A stretch of 64,000 nt of DNA from an uncultured Clostridia bacterium (GCA_947588355.1 CANPYI010000001.1:77771-141770), one strand, 5' to 3'. Shown: positions 7,709-17,872, counted from the stretch's first letter. Program-made: numbers and translations. Notes: a model not told the origin generated them from the letters alone.

Positions 7709-10246
7709 TTAAGAAAACAGTTTTGGGTCAAATGCTTCTATATTATCAAAAACTTTATCTTGCGTCATAATGATTTTTGGCAATGCCTTTGTGGTTTCAG
7801 TTGCCGGTTTCAAATCTAGTGTTTCTACAACCTCTTTTGATGGCGCTTCTGGATAGAAAAATGTAAAATCATTCTTATGTCTTACATAAATGCCTTTGTC
7901 ATCAAATTCTATGTTTGAAATATTGAAGATGATATGCTCAATTGGAATATAAAGTTTGTTATCATCTGTCTTGCTGTCAATCATATGACTTAAACAACAG
8001 CAAGCAGCATTTGATCTGAACAGCAAACATTTTTCCGTGTTGAAATTGTTCCAATTGTTTAATTTGAGTTGTTTTACGTCTATTGGCTCAATCTTACTCA
8101 TATCGTTATCGCCAGATACTCTAAGCAGTTTTCTAATTTCTTTTTCCGCTTTGAGAATTGAATTCGCTTCATCTACATATTTGTACTGACAAATTGTCAA
8201 GATTGGATTAAATTTTGCCTTATAAACACTTTCCAACAACTCTGGCTTTAAAACGATATCTGTGCTTGTTTTTAACACTGACTTCAGTGCTGTCACCATT
8301 TTTATGATATTGTTGTAAAGGTGTGCTTCATTAAACATCAAAAAATCATATTTGTCTTTAAACTCGTTTTCCTTTTTTAAATTTTTCTTTTTGGCTGTAT
8401 ATTGCAAAATTTGTTTGTTGTAAGATGCTATATGATCAGTAAGTTTTGTCAACTTGTCTAATTTGCGTGCGTAATCATACGATTTTTTGAATGCATCAGT
8501 AAAGTCGTTTGAAAGAGCATATTTTTCGACATCTTTAAGATTTTGAAGTGACGACAAATCATCATTTTGCACATTTATCAAATGCTCTTTAACTTTTTCA
8601 AATGATTTAACAAAATTAGGATTCAAAAAGAATTTTGTCTCTTTCTTTATTTCTTCCAAGCGGCCAAGATTTCTTCTTATTTCACTTGAATTGAAAGTTC
8701 TTTTGCAAAAATTATTTCCAAAAATTTTATCCAAACATGTTTCTGTAATCAAAAACACCTTATAGATGTCTGAATGATCTTTCATTGATTGTATTGAATT
8801 TACTTCTTTAATAAGTTTGTCATCTATATACTTACTTCGTCTTGTTTTGCTTTGCGAGTTTGTTGATGGTTTTTTGTTTTCTCTCATTCTTGGCAAACAC
8901 TCATCTTTGTCATCTTTTTCAATGTTTTTAAGTTTTTCGATAACGCTTTCGATATATGTTTTGTCTTTTGCAGAAACTTTTGAAATCAGCTTTTGCAAAT
9001 TGCTTTTTTCTTCATCAGTCAGATTTTCTCTTTTTTCCAATGGACTAAAAGCAGATGCAGTTGTCTTTTTGCCAGACGCAATCCCCCTATTGCTTGGCAG
9101 AACATCATCATTTGTTATTGACAACAATGCAGAAGGTCGTTGAAGAAATTTTGCAAACACTCCTTCCTCGATAGCACGCTTGAAGATAATATCCAAAACA
9201 ACAGGTTTTGTGTTTATATATTCAAATCTTGTCAAAGCCTTTTCAACGCTGCCTTTGTCAAGATAATGTTGCAAAACAACCTTCAACTCACCAAGTTGCG
9301 AAATGCTTTCATTGCTGATGCCGTTTATTTGAATCAGATTGTCCTTGTTAAAGCAAAATTGTTTTGCTTTTTCTTCAGAAAAACCAATTGAAACAAGTTT
9401 TTCTTGTAAAGCAAAAACTTTTTCCGGTGTAAGCAAAAGGATTGTTGGATCTTGATTTACTTTCAAAACCAACTCTTGTTTTGTTGTAGGATCATTTTCA
9501 TCAGTGAAATACTTGGTCAAAAAATCGATAGTGTTTGAAAGTTGTGCCGGTGTTTGAGTAAGAATTTTTTTGCATTTTCTGACCATGTTGACATAATTGA
9601 CGTTTCCAAAGAAAACATTATTTTTCTTGTCATAAGTAAAGTTGCTCAAAAGTTCAAGCACCCTTTGTATAGCCGAAGAATTAAATTTATATGCCAAAGA
9701 ACTGCACTCTTCAAACATCGCTTTCACATCGTCACTATTTTCAAAAAGGGCAAATTCTTTCATAGAGTTTGTGTCTATGTATGTCTCTTCCATCAAGGCT
9801 TTCAAACTTTCGCGAAAAGATTCCACAGAAAGATGTTTGAAAGTGGTTTTGTTTGATATGCGATAAGGGTCAATCCCGTACGCCTCTGCCTCTTTAAGCG
9901 CATCAAAAAATTCGTCTCTTATCATTTTGCCTTGAACGGTGTAAAGTTGAAAAGCCTTTTCAATCATATCCTTGGCAAACTTTTTTCTGTAAAGTTTTTC
10001 TACTTCAGACAACTGTTTTGAAGAAGAGTCGAGAGTGGAATATTTGGTGAATATGTCGTAAAAATATTCCAGTGCCTTTTCGTTGTGAATCTGAAAAATT
10101 TTGTTGATGTATTTTTGGACATCTTCCTGCAAAAAGCAAAAATTTTGTCTGAATATTTTATCAAACTCCTCAAAATATAATTGAACATACGTGCGATCCA
10201 AATTGTTTTCTTGTGAAATTTTTGTTATCAAGCCTTCATCGATCAT
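7709..10246 (-). CDS. large hypothetical protein (845 aa), no family recognised
   Basis: Uninterrupted 2.5-kb ORF with AGGAG SD, its own promoter and terminator. Helical-repeat-like N-terminal half, Lys-rich linker, Cys-containing C-terminal domain (AACCCLSH). Confidence 0.7.
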   Translation of the reverse strand: MIDEGLITKISQENNLDRTYVQLYFEEFDKIFRQNFCFLQEDVQKYINKIFQIHNEKALEYFYDIFTKYSTLDSSSKQLSEVEKLYRKKFAKDMIEKAFQLYTVQGKMIRDEFFDALKEAEAYGIDPYRISNKTTFKHLSVESFRESLKALMEETYIDTNSMKEFALFENSDDVKAMFEECSSLAYKFNSSAIQRVLELLSNFTYDKKNNVFFGNVNYVNMVRKCKKILTQTPAQLSNTIDFLTKYFTDENDPTTKQELVLKVNQDPTILLLTPEKVFALQEKLVSIGFSEEKAKQFCFNKDNLIQINGISNESISQLGELKVVLQHYLDKGSVEKALTRFEYINTKPVVLDIIFKRAIEEGVFAKFLQRPSALLSITNDDVLPSNRGIASGKKTTASAFSPLEKRENLTDEEKSNLQKLISKVSAKDKTYIESVIEKLKNIEKDDKDECLPRMRENKKPSTNSQSKTRRSKYIDDKLIKEVNSIQSMKDHSDIYKVFLITETCLDKIFGNNFCKRTFNSSEIRRNLGRLEEIKKETKFFLNPNFVKSFEKVKEHLINVQNDDLSSLQNLKDVEKYALSNDFTDAFKKSYDYARKLDKLTKLTDHIASYNKQILQYTAKKKNLKKENEFKDKYDFLMFNEAHLYNNIIKMVTALKSVLKTSTDIVLKPELLESVYKAKFNPILTICQYKYVDEANSILKAEKEIRKLLRVSGDNDMSKIEPIDVKQLKLNNWNNFNTEKCLLFRSNAACCCLSHMIDSKTDDNKLYIPIEHIIFNISNIEFDDKGIYVRHKNDFTFFYPEAPSKEVVETLDLKPATETTKALPKIIMTQDKVFDNIEAFDPKLFS

Positions 10247-10272
10247 ATAAAACTCCTATAGACATCTCGGCT

Positions 10273-10301
10273 ATTGTAACATATCTCAAAAGATAAATCA
10301 A
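10273..10301 (-). promoter_or_regulatory. sigma-A promoter of the 845-aa ORF
   Basis: Minus strand TTGATT(10301-10296)-17 nt-TACAAT(10278-10273) with TGT immediately upstream (extended -10). Confidence 0.5.
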
Positions 10302-10324
10302 TAGGTAATTTAAAGTTTTTTTGT

Positions 10325-10361
10325 AATAAAAAATACCCGATGAATTGTTTATTTTTCATCG
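10325..10361 (-). terminator. terminator-like hairpin after proS
   Basis: Minus strand CGATGAA-10 nt-TTCATCG followed by GGTATTTTTTATT. Confidence 0.45.
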
Positions 10362-10405
10362 AATATTGTGTATTATGCATACGTATTACACCACATATTG
10401 TGGTG
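10362..10405 (+). repeat. intergenic palindrome, diverged copy b (proS|845-aa ORF spacer)
   Basis: GTGTATTATGCATACGTATTACACC (10368-10392), followed by a second small hairpin CACCACA-TAT-TGTGGTG (10389-10405). Confidence 0.65.
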
Positions 10406-10416
10406 CTATGCAAAAA

Positions 10417-12144
10417 TTACAAATTATTCTCTATTTCTTCTATTTCGTCAGCAATAAGTGCTTTAAGTTCGGAAATAAGATCATTGAAGTTTATAAACAA
10501 CTTTTCGCCCGTTTGTCTTATTGTCACTTCTGCTTGACCTTGAGTTATTGTTTTTGGACTAATAATAACACGAATAGGTATGCCCATGAGTTCGCTGTCG
10601 GTCAGTTTTATGCCAGCGGACAAGTTTCGGTCATCATAAAGCACTTCAATCCCCGCTTTTTGAATGTTTCTGTAAAGTTCTTCTGCCAAAGTTGCAACAT
10701 TTTCGTCATCAAGACGCAAAGGGCACAAATGAACTTGCCATGGAGCAATTGTCATCGGCCACACAAGTCCTTTGTCATCTGCCTTTTCCTCTATGATACT
10801 TGCCAAACTTCTGCCTACGCCAATGCCATAGCAACCCATGATTGGCTCTTTGGTTGTTCCGTCTGGCATCGTAACTTTCATGCCCATCGTGGCAGTGTAT
10901 TTTGTGCCAAGTTGAAATATATTTCCAATTTCTATGCCGCGAGTAAGATTGAGTTTTTCCCCACAGCAAACACATCTGTCACCCTCTTTGACAAGTGAGA
11001 CATCAACAAATTCAACATCATGCAAGTCACGAGAAGCGGAAACATTTTTGATATGAAAATCTTTTTTGTTTGCTCCTGTAACAAAATTTTCCAGACCTTG
11101 CAAAGTTTTGTCAAAGCAAACAACACTGTTTTCTGGCACTTTCAAGTTTATGCAACCGATATTTCCTGCAATCAAACCAAATTCTTCAACTTTTGCAGGT
11201 GTCAGTTCGCTTTTGGCTATCTTTTGCAGTTTTGTTTCATTGACATCGCAATCTCCTCGCAAAAACACAACAACAAGTCGGCCATCATCAGTTTGATAGC
11301 AAACTGATTTTGCGGTATGGCAGGCATCTGTCTCCAAAAATGCACAAACTTCTTCTATTGTTTTGGCATTTCCTGTGAAAACCTCTTGCATTTCCCCTGC
11401 GACATTGTGGTCGTTTTCGGTTTTCACGCTCACTGCAACCTCCATATTGCTTGAATATCCGCATTTTGGACAAATCACAAGCCTATCTTCGCCGCATTCT
11501 GTCACAGCCATAAATTCGTCGGCGACCTTTCCGCCCATCATACCAGTGTCGCTTTTCACAGCAATAAAGTTTTTGAAACCTATACGCTTGAAAATGCGAA
11601 AGTACGCATCATACACTTTTTTGTAATAATCTTCCAAATCCGCTTGAGAAGTATGGAAAGAATAAGCGTCTTTCATGGTGAACTCTCTTGCACGAATGAG
11701 TCCTCCGCGTGGTCGTGCTTCATCGCGATATTTTGTTTGTATTTGATAGATCATAAACGGCAGTTGTTCATGACTTTTCACGGTGTTTAGCGCCATGTGG
11801 ACTGCGGCTTCTTCATGCGTCATGCCAAGCACCATATCGTGTCCTGTGCGGTCCTTAAAACGCAAAAGTTCGCCCTTTATAGAGTCATATCTTCCGCTCA
11901 TATCCCAAAGTTCGCGTGGCATAACAACCGGAAACAGCACCTCTTGTCCACCCAAAGCGTCCATCTCTTCACGAATGATGTTTTGAATTTTTTGATTGAC
12001 CCTTTGTGCCGGTGGAAGCAGGGAAAAAATGCCGGTGCTGACTTGCTTTATGTAGCCGGCACGCAAAAGATAAATATGACTTTTTAAGGTTGCTCCGTTT
12101 GGTGATTCCTTAATTCTTTCACCAACAAGTTTTGACATTCTCAT
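10417..12144 (-). CDS. proS: proline--tRNA ligase (bacterial type with insertion/editing domain)
   Basis: MRMSKLVGERIKESPNGATLKSHIYLLRAGYIKQ matches the ProRS N-terminus. 575 aa. ATGA overlap with xseB. Confidence 0.95.
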   Translation of the reverse strand: MRMSKLVGERIKESPNGATLKSHIYLLRAGYIKQVSTGIFSLLPPAQRVNQKIQNIIREEMDALGGQEVLFPVVMPRELWDMSGRYDSIKGELLRFKDRTGHDMVLGMTHEEAAVHMALNTVKSHEQLPFMIYQIQTKYRDEARPRGGLIRAREFTMKDAYSFHTSQADLEDYYKKVYDAYFRIFKRIGFKNFIAVKSDTGMMGGKVADEFMAVTECGEDRLVICPKCGYSSNMEVAVSVKTENDHNVAGEMQEVFTGNAKTIEEVCAFLETDACHTAKSVCYQTDDGRLVVVFLRGDCDVNETKLQKIAKSELTPAKVEEFGLIAGNIGCINLKVPENSVVCFDKTLQGLENFVTGANKKDFHIKNVSASRDLHDVEFVDVSLVKEGDRCVCCGEKLNLTRGIEIGNIFQLGTKYTATMGMKVTMPDGTTKEPIMGCYGIGVGRSLASIIEEKADDKGLVWPMTIAPWQVHLCPLRLDDENVATLAEELYRNIQKAGIEVLYDDRNLSAGIKLTDSELMGIPIRVIISPKTITQGQAEVTIRQTGEKLFINFNDLISELKALIADEIEEIENNL

Positions 12145-12344
12145 ATTTCTTCCTCCGTAACAGAATCAAGTTCTTTCTTGATTTGATACAATTTGCCAGA
12201 TGTTTTTGAAAGTTCTTCTTGAGAAAATTTTGCCAAAACACTGGCACGTTCAAAAAGTGCTTGTGCGTCCTTTAAAGGCAAATTTTCGCCTTCCAATTTT
12301 TGAATGATTTCTTCCATCTCTTTGATTGCTTCTTCAAAGGTCAT
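12141..12344 (-). CDS. xseB: exodeoxyribonuclease VII small subunit
   Basis: 67 aa, MTFEEAIKEMEEIIQKLEGENLPLKDA, overlaps the xseA stop. Confidence 0.9.
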   Translation of the reverse strand: MTFEEAIKEMEEIIQKLEGENLPLKDAQALFERASVLAKFSQEELSKTSGKLYQIKKELDSVTEEEI

Positions 12345-13510
12345 TTTTGTCCTCCCACTGTCACTTGTCCATCTGAAAAGTTGATTTCAATCGGTCTGTT
12401 TAGGTCAAGTTGTGACTTTGTTTTCACGCTCTTGCCTTGTTGCTCTATTTTAGCATATCCAAGCCTCAAGATGTCAAGCGGATTGAGTTTGTTTAATTCT
12501 GCAAGTTTGAGTTTCAATCTGTAATCTTGTTCAATCAAAATTGTGTTGAGTTTTGTTGACAAAGTTGCGGCCAATTTTTGCAGTCTGCTTTTGTTTTCCT
12601 TGATACTGCTGTCCAAAAATTGTAAAATGATATTTTTTGTGCCATTAAACAACAAATTTTTGTCGGCAACATAATTTTGCAGCAGAAAGGAAAGACGGCT
12701 TGCCTCTCTTTTTAAGACTTTTCGTTGATTTTCTATATCACTGGTCAGCAGTTCCGCAGCCGCACTTGGAGTTGGAGCGCGTAGGTCAGAAACAAAGTCG
12801 ATTATAGTAAAATCCACCTCATGTCCAACAGCAGAAACGATCGGCTTTTTGCAGTTGTAAGTGGCACGAGCGACTGTTTCGGTGTTGTATGCCCACAAAT
12901 CGTCAAGACTGCCACCGCCTCTTGCCACCACAACAACATCAACATCAGGATATTCCGAAAAAAAGTTAATGCCGTCTGCTATTTCAAATTCCGCGCTATT
13001 GCCCTGAACTTTGGTGTCATAAAGCACAATATCGATGCTTGGATTTCTTCGCCAAGTGACGTTTTTGATGTCTTGTATAACAGCGCCCTCTTTTGAAGTG
13101 ACAACGCCAATCCTTTTCACACTTGCAGGAATAGGTTTTTTGTGTGCCTGGTCAAAAAGACCTTCTTTTGACAACCTTTCCTTAAGTTCGGCAAATTTTT
13201 GATATAAAAGCCCTTGTCCAAATGGCTCAACAGCACTGACAACAAAATTGAAACGTCCACTTTTGGTGTAAAAGTTTGGAGAGCCTGTCACAACAACTTG
13301 GTCGCCCTCTTTCAAATCCCGAACAAGTTGAGTGTAAAAACAAACGCATGGCAAACTGCTTTCTTCGTCTTTTATAGAAAAATATATGGCAGTTTTGCTT
13401 ACAGAAACGCCAAAAACTTCTCCAACAATTTTGATGTTATGGAGAAGTTCTTCCGCATTAAATATATTTTTTACATAGTTATTAAATTTAGTGACGGTGA
13501 TAGTGTTCAT
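12341..13510 (-). CDS. xseA: exodeoxyribonuclease VII large subunit
   Basis: N-terminal OB fold, central RGGGSLDDLWAYN, coiled-coil C-terminus, 389 aa. Confidence 0.9.
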   Translation of the reverse strand: MNTITVTKFNNYVKNIFNAEELLHNIKIVGEVFGVSVSKTAIYFSIKDEESSLPCVCFYTQLVRDLKEGDQVVVTGSPNFYTKSGRFNFVVSAVEPFGQGLLYQKFAELKERLSKEGLFDQAHKKPIPASVKRIGVVTSKEGAVIQDIKNVTWRRNPSIDIVLYDTKVQGNSAEFEIADGINFFSEYPDVDVVVVARGGGSLDDLWAYNTETVARATYNCKKPIVSAVGHEVDFTIIDFVSDLRAPTPSAAAELLTSDIENQRKVLKREASRLSFLLQNYVADKNLLFNGTKNIILQFLDSSIKENKSRLQKLAATLSTKLNTILIEQDYRLKLKLAELNKLNPLDILRLGYAKIEQQGKSVKTKSQLDLNRPIEINFSDGQVTVGGQK

Positions 13511-13893
13511 TCTTCTTTAATTATGGCAGAAATCAGCCCATTTACAAATTTGTGTGATTTTGATGTGCTGTATGTTTTTGCAAGTTCCAACACCTCATTT
13601 ATTGCCACCGCTTTTGGCGTACCACAAAAATATATCTCAGTAAGTGCCAAGTAAACAAGTGCAAGATCAATCTTGTAAACTCGGTCGTACTCAAAATTTT
13701 GCAAATGTGCCTCTATCTTTTCACGAAGTTCTTGTTTATGCAAGTTGAAAGCACTGATTATGTTTTCAAAAAAGATTTTGTCTTCTTCTTTTTTCAGTTC
13801 CTGCAAATTTTCGCTGGACAAAAGTGGATCAGGCTCGTGAAAAAGTCCTTCAAAAATCAACTTAAAAGCATTTTCTCTGGCTGTTTTACGCAT
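13507..13893 (-). CDS. nusB: transcription antitermination factor NusB
   Basis: MRKTARENAFKLIFEGLF...AINEVLELAKTY. Start set at ATG 13893, which follows an AAGAGG SD. The ORF-track start at 13920 has no SD. Confidence 0.85.
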   Translation of the reverse strand: MRKTARENAFKLIFEGLFHEPDPLLSSENLQELKKEEDKIFFENIISAFNLHKQELREKIEAHLQNFEYDRVYKIDLALVYLALTEIYFCGTPKAVAINEVLELAKTYSTSKSHKFVNGLISAIIKEE

Positions 13894-14251
13894 TTTCAAC
13901 CTCTTTGTCGCAATCAACATTTATGACATGAATATTGATTTTTAAAGGTTTTAATGCCACCATCGTTGCCAAAGAATTTCGGATATTTTCTTGCACACGA
14001 TAAGCGATGTCCGGAACGCTGAAGCCAACATATATGCTTATATAAACGTCAACAGTCAAGGCACCATTTTTTTCAAACTTTATTTCAACGCCATCGTCAT
14101 ATCTGTTGAAAAGTTTTTTGATCCATGGTCTTTCAGTGTTTGAAACACTTTCCACCCCGTTTATTTCCTTTGCTGCCAAATTGATAATTGATGTCAAAAT
14201 TTTTCTGTCTAAGGTGATTTTTCCGCTTCCGTCAGAAGATTTCACTGCCAT
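13886..14251 (-). CDS. Asp23/Gls24 family envelope stress protein
   Basis: ITLDRKILTSIINLAAKEINGV and 121-aa size are typical of the family. Sits upstream of nusB, as in many Clostridia. Confidence 0.8.
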   Translation of the reverse strand: MAVKSSDGSGKITLDRKILTSIINLAAKEINGVESVSNTERPWIKKLFNRYDDGVEIKFEKNGALTVDVYISIYVGFSVPDIAYRVQENIRNSLATMVALKPLKINIHVINVDCDKEVENA

Positions 14252-14340
14252 AATATTCTCCTTGTGTTTTGTTTTTGAAAAACAACGCTTTCAATATTTC
14301 AACACAACTATTCTAGCATATTCAAAACACAATTTGCAAA

Positions 14341-14808
14341 TCAATCAGCATAAATTATCACAATATTTCTAAGTTCAACTCCAAGTTGGTCAATCACTGT
14401 TTGGCAGATATTTGCAACTTCAAGGTCAGTAAGGCTTTCTGCTTGCACAACAACGTTTACTTTTTGGTCAGACATTGCAATCACGCAGTCAGAAAATCCA
14501 AGAAGTTTCACAAGTCCTTCGCAAGCAACTTCTTTGTCCATACGGTCAATAAGATTTTGTCTTGCCTCAACTGCAGCAATCACGGCAGCATCAGTTGGTT
14601 CGCCGCTTTCAATTATGGCATCATAGTACAGTTTTTGTTGGTTTCTGGTGCTTTCACGGTCGGTGCGATACGAAGAAAAGTAACTTCCTGCAGTAACATT
14701 TGTGTTTGTCTGTTGTATATTGTTGTTAAGCACAATATTCAAGTAGCCAGTAACTCCAAGCAAGACAATCATCAGTGTAAGAATGATAATTTTTGTTCTT
14801 TTTTTCAT
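14341..14808 (-). CDS. spoIIIAH: stage III sporulation protein AH
   Basis: Last gene of the spoIIIA cluster. Single N-terminal TM (MKKRTKIIILTLMIVLLGV) then a soluble domain. Start at ATG 14808 after GGAGA. Confidence 0.7.
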   Translation of the reverse strand: MKKRTKIIILTLMIVLLGVTGYLNIVLNNNIQQTNTNVTAGSYFSSYRTDRESTRNQQKLYYDAIIESGEPTDAAVIAAVEARQNLIDRMDKEVACEGLVKLLGFSDCVIAMSDQKVNVVVQAESLTDLEVANICQTVIDQLGVELRNIVIIYAD

Positions 14809-14971
14809 TTTTTTTCTCCTTTGCGGAAATGTCCGCTTATATTTTTGGCTTTTGCCTACATCTTTGGAACTTCTTTTGTGCTTGTCCATTTAAACTATGC
14901 CTATGTTTGCTTAAAAAGTCTTTTTTTTCTGACGTTTTTTGTTGAAAATTGTCTTTTGTCACCACCGCCAC

Positions 14972-15484
14972 TCATGAAAGAATTCTAATGTCGTCCTTTT
15001 CGATTTCCAAAACCGTTTGCACTGCTTCCATCAATTTCATTTGCACCGTAAAATCCTTCGCTCCGCTTGACACAACAACAATGCCTTTTATGACCGGATA
15101 CCACTGTTTGACCACCACCGGTTCTCCACCAACCATAATCACTGTTTCGCTTGTGATCACAACATCACCTGTTGTGCTTGTCCTGGTTTCAATCTCTTTG
15201 GCATAGTCGTAAGAAAATCCGCTCTCCAAAGTGACTATTGTGCTAACTTTTCCGGCTCCGGAAATTTTGGACAATACATTATTAAGTCTATTCTCAAGCC
15301 AATTGACATATTCCTCTGCAGTTGAGAAAGTTTGTGTGTTATTTTCCTCTATTTTGTCGTTTTTTGGTGCAAAAAAAACAGAAAAATATATCACGCAAAC
15401 CACAAGGGCAACAAAAACAGCCAAAATAACATGAAAGTGCTTGATGTTTTTCAGTCTTTGCCATGCTTCCTTTATATATGCCAT
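14972..15484 (-). CDS. spoIIIAG: stage III sporulation protein AG
   Basis: N-terminal TM. C-terminal IKGIVVVSSGAKDFTVQMKLMEAVQTVLEIEKDDIRIL is typical of SpoIIIAG. Position in the operon fits. Confidence 0.8.
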   Translation of the reverse strand: MAYIKEAWQRLKNIKHFHVILAVFVALVVCVIYFSVFFAPKNDKIEENNTQTFSTAEEYVNWLENRLNNVLSKISGAGKVSTIVTLESGFSYDYAKEIETRTSTTGDVVITSETVIMVGGEPVVVKQWYPVIKGIVVVSSGAKDFTVQMKLMEAVQTVLEIEKDDIRILS

Positions 15485-15486
15485 AT

Positions 15487-15987
15487 CTAAACCTCCTTAA
15501 ATTCCACCGGAACACCTTTAAGTAGTTCATGAGTGGAAATGATATCGCTGATTATAAGCTTTGCTTTCACAATATCCTTACTTTTGAAATTATCCGCATA
15601 TTCAATTTCGCGCAAATCGACAAAAATATCAAAAATTTCCATGTTTTCAGTAAGCACATCTGCATTGATAGAAATCTTGACATTTTCAAGTCCGTTTGTT
15701 TTTATTTCCTTCATTATATCGTCTGACAAGGCGTCAAGTTTGTCTATATTCACCTGATAAATATAATCTTGCTGAATCTGACTGTCGCCAAAATCAAGAA
15801 ACTTGTCAAAGTTGAAATTTTTGCCAAAGAGTGACGGCAGAGGCATGATTATCACAAGCAAAATTATGAACGAGAAAATCACCTTAGTGTACTTGTTTAT
15901 TTGACCTTCTGGCAACACGAATTCTGCAAGCACACTTAAAACAACCACACACGCTATGGACAAAAGCCAAGCAGAAAAGCCATTCAA
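15487..15987 (-). CDS. spoIIIAF: stage III sporulation protein AF
   Basis: Two N-terminal TM segments (WLLSIACVVVLSVLAEFVLPEG), 166 aa, operon position. Confidence 0.75.
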   Translation of the reverse strand: MNGFSAWLLSIACVVVLSVLAEFVLPEGQINKYTKVIFSFIILLVIIMPLPSLFGKNFNFDKFLDFGDSQIQQDYIYQVNIDKLDALSDDIMKEIKTNGLENVKISINADVLTENMEIFDIFVDLREIEYADNFKSKDIVKAKLIISDIISTHELLKGVPVEFKEV

Positions 15988-16001
15988 AAGGCATCACCTC
16001 C

Positions 16002-17264
16002 TCATATAAGATTTGCTGAGCACATAATAAGTCCGGTCAATATAAAATACATAAACGCCACGGCCACCAAAAGTGCCACAAGAAGCGTCATACTTTTGGA
16101 AACCTCGCCTACAAAGTTGGCAATTTTGTGGTCGCCAATAGGTTCTATAATACCCGCCATAAACTTTAGTGCCAAAATAAACAAAACCAAATTTAATACA
16201 GGAGAAATTGTGCTTGCAAGCAACAAAAACAGTCCAACACTTCCTATTGCGTTTTTGATAAGCACACTGCTTGCCATGATCACGGAAAGTCCGTCAGAAA
16301 CATAGCCGCCAATGATAGGTATATAACTTTTTATGGCATATTTTGCTGTGCGAATGGAAAGTCCGTCAACTGCGCCTGCCATGATTCCTTGAATTGAAAC
16401 AAAACCCAAAAAGATGGTGAAACAAAGTCCTATCACCCATTTGAAAGTGGATTGCAAAAAGGAGACAAATTTGTCGAGTTTGACATTGTTTGACAAATTT
16501 CCAACTATGGAAAAGACTATCGAAAAAATGAAAAGAGGCAACAAAACATATGTGATAAGAGAAATAAAAACATTTGACAAAAGCGCTATTGCTGGTTGAT
16601 AAATCCCCATTGACACCGTTCCGCCAACAGCTGTCAAAAGTGTGAGAAGAATAGGAAAGATGGCATCAAACATGTTTTTTGCTGTTATCAAAGTTTTTGT
16701 TGTGGAGTAACTCAACTGGACAATAGTTGTGCCCAAAAACAGAATAACAACACCGTAGGTGACAAAATGGACAATGTTTCCAATAGATTTTCCGTTTGTC
16801 ACAGGTTTTAAATTTGCCACCATGCCGCTCAATATGGATATTGATATTATTCCGGCAATTATCGGAAGAAATCCTTTCAAGCCCTCCCAAAAAATTGACA
16901 TAACGGCAGAAAAAAAGTTTTGCGAATTTTCGACATATCTTCCAGTGATGACCATTTTCAGTTTGTCAACAAAACTGTCTGAGGCAAAAAGATCTTTTGC
17001 ATTCACAGAAAGATTTGCAATCACTTTTTCCAAGTCAGAAAAATCCAAATTTTCAAGTTGCTCTTCAACCTCATCTTGAAGTTGTTGCTCCAATTCATCT
17101 TCTGATGATTGTGCGTAGGCAACGTTTGGCATAAAACCTTTTGTGATGTCAAACCTGCCATAAAAACACGAAACAAAAATAAACAGCACAACAATGTACG
17201 GACAAATTCTTCTGAAAAATCCCTTCCGCTTTTCAGATTTTGTCTTTTTGATTTTAAATTTCAT
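16002..17264 (-). CDS. spoIIIAE: stage III sporulation protein AE
   Basis: 420 aa, signal-like N-terminus, acidic linker, polytopic membrane C-terminal half, operon position. Confidence 0.8.
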   Translation of the reverse strand: MKFKIKKTKSEKRKGFFRRICPYIVVLFIFVSCFYGRFDITKGFMPNVAYAQSSEDELEQQLQDEVEEQLENLDFSDLEKVIANLSVNAKDLFASDSFVDKLKMVITGRYVENSQNFFSAVMSIFWEGLKGFLPIIAGIISISILSGMVANLKPVTNGKSIGNIVHFVTYGVVILFLGTTIVQLSYSTTKTLITAKNMFDAIFPILLTLLTAVGGTVSMGIYQPAIALLSNVFISLITYVLLPLFIFSIVFSIVGNLSNNVKLDKFVSFLQSTFKWVIGLCFTIFLGFVSIQGIMAGAVDGLSIRTAKYAIKSYIPIIGGYVSDGLSVIMASSVLIKNAIGSVGLFLLLASTISPVLNLVLFILALKFMAGIIEPIGDHKIANFVGEVSKSMTLLVALLVAVAFMYFILTGLIMCSANLI

Positions 17265-17268
17265 ACTT

Positions 17269-17661
17269 TCACTTTGGAAGCAGTTGCATGACGATGTCCA
17301 AAATACTTGTCACTATCGGAAGGGCCATGACAAGTATTATTATTTTTCCGCCAAGCAGAACTTTGTCGCCAAGACTTTGATTTCCGGTGTCATTGCAAAC
17401 ACTCGCCGTGAATTCTGTAAGATAGCCGATTGCGATTATTTTGAAAATAATTGCATATAACGAAGAATTTATTCCAGAAGTTGAAAATATTTGATTGAAA
17501 ACAGAAAAAACTCCTGAAAGATAGGACAATAAATAGACAATAATGAGTACTCCGCCTGCAATGGAAATAAGAACAGCAAAATCTGGCCGAACAGGTTTCA
17601 CTATTATGCAAGCCACACATGTTACAATTGCAATTGCAAGAATTTTGTATAGTGTGTCCAT
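17269..17661 (-). CDS. spoIIIAD: stage III sporulation protein AD
   Basis: 130-aa polytopic membrane protein directly after spoIIIAC. Confidence 0.8.
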   Translation of the reverse strand: MDTLYKILAIAIVTCVACIIVKPVRPDFAVLISIAGGVLIIVYLLSYLSGVFSVFNQIFSTSGINSSLYAIIFKIIAIGYLTEFTASVCNDTGNQSLGDKVLLGGKIIILVMALPIVTSILDIVMQLLPK

Positions 17662-17677
17662 CGTTTCTCCTTTTAAG

Positions 17678-17872
17678 TTAAAGATTGAAAATTGTCCTTA
17701 CAGAACTAAACAAGTCGCCTATCATGGAAAGCACCATAAAAAGCACAATCACAACTCCTGCCAATGTTGCCAAAGTTGAAATATCGTCTTTTCCGCTGTT
17801 TTTAAGAATTTGCCCGACGACTGCGGTCAAAATGCCTATGGCGGCGATTTTGAAAATTATATCAACGTCCAC
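17678..17872 (-). CDS. spoIIIAC: stage III sporulation protein AC
   Basis: 64 aa, two TM segments, MDVDIIFKIAAIGILTAVVGQILKNSGKDD. Confidence 0.8.
   Translation of the reverse strand: MDVDIIFKIAAIGILTAVVGQILKNSGKDDISTLATLAGVVIVLFMVLSMIGDLFSSVRTIFNL

Noticed and set aside
12145-12344. Expected T-box leader upstream of proS (and of lysS at 29226-29382)
   Set aside because: proS overlaps xseB with no leader at all. The lysS upstream region is a short divergent promoter region (~30-nt leader) with no specifier or terminator-antiterminator structures.
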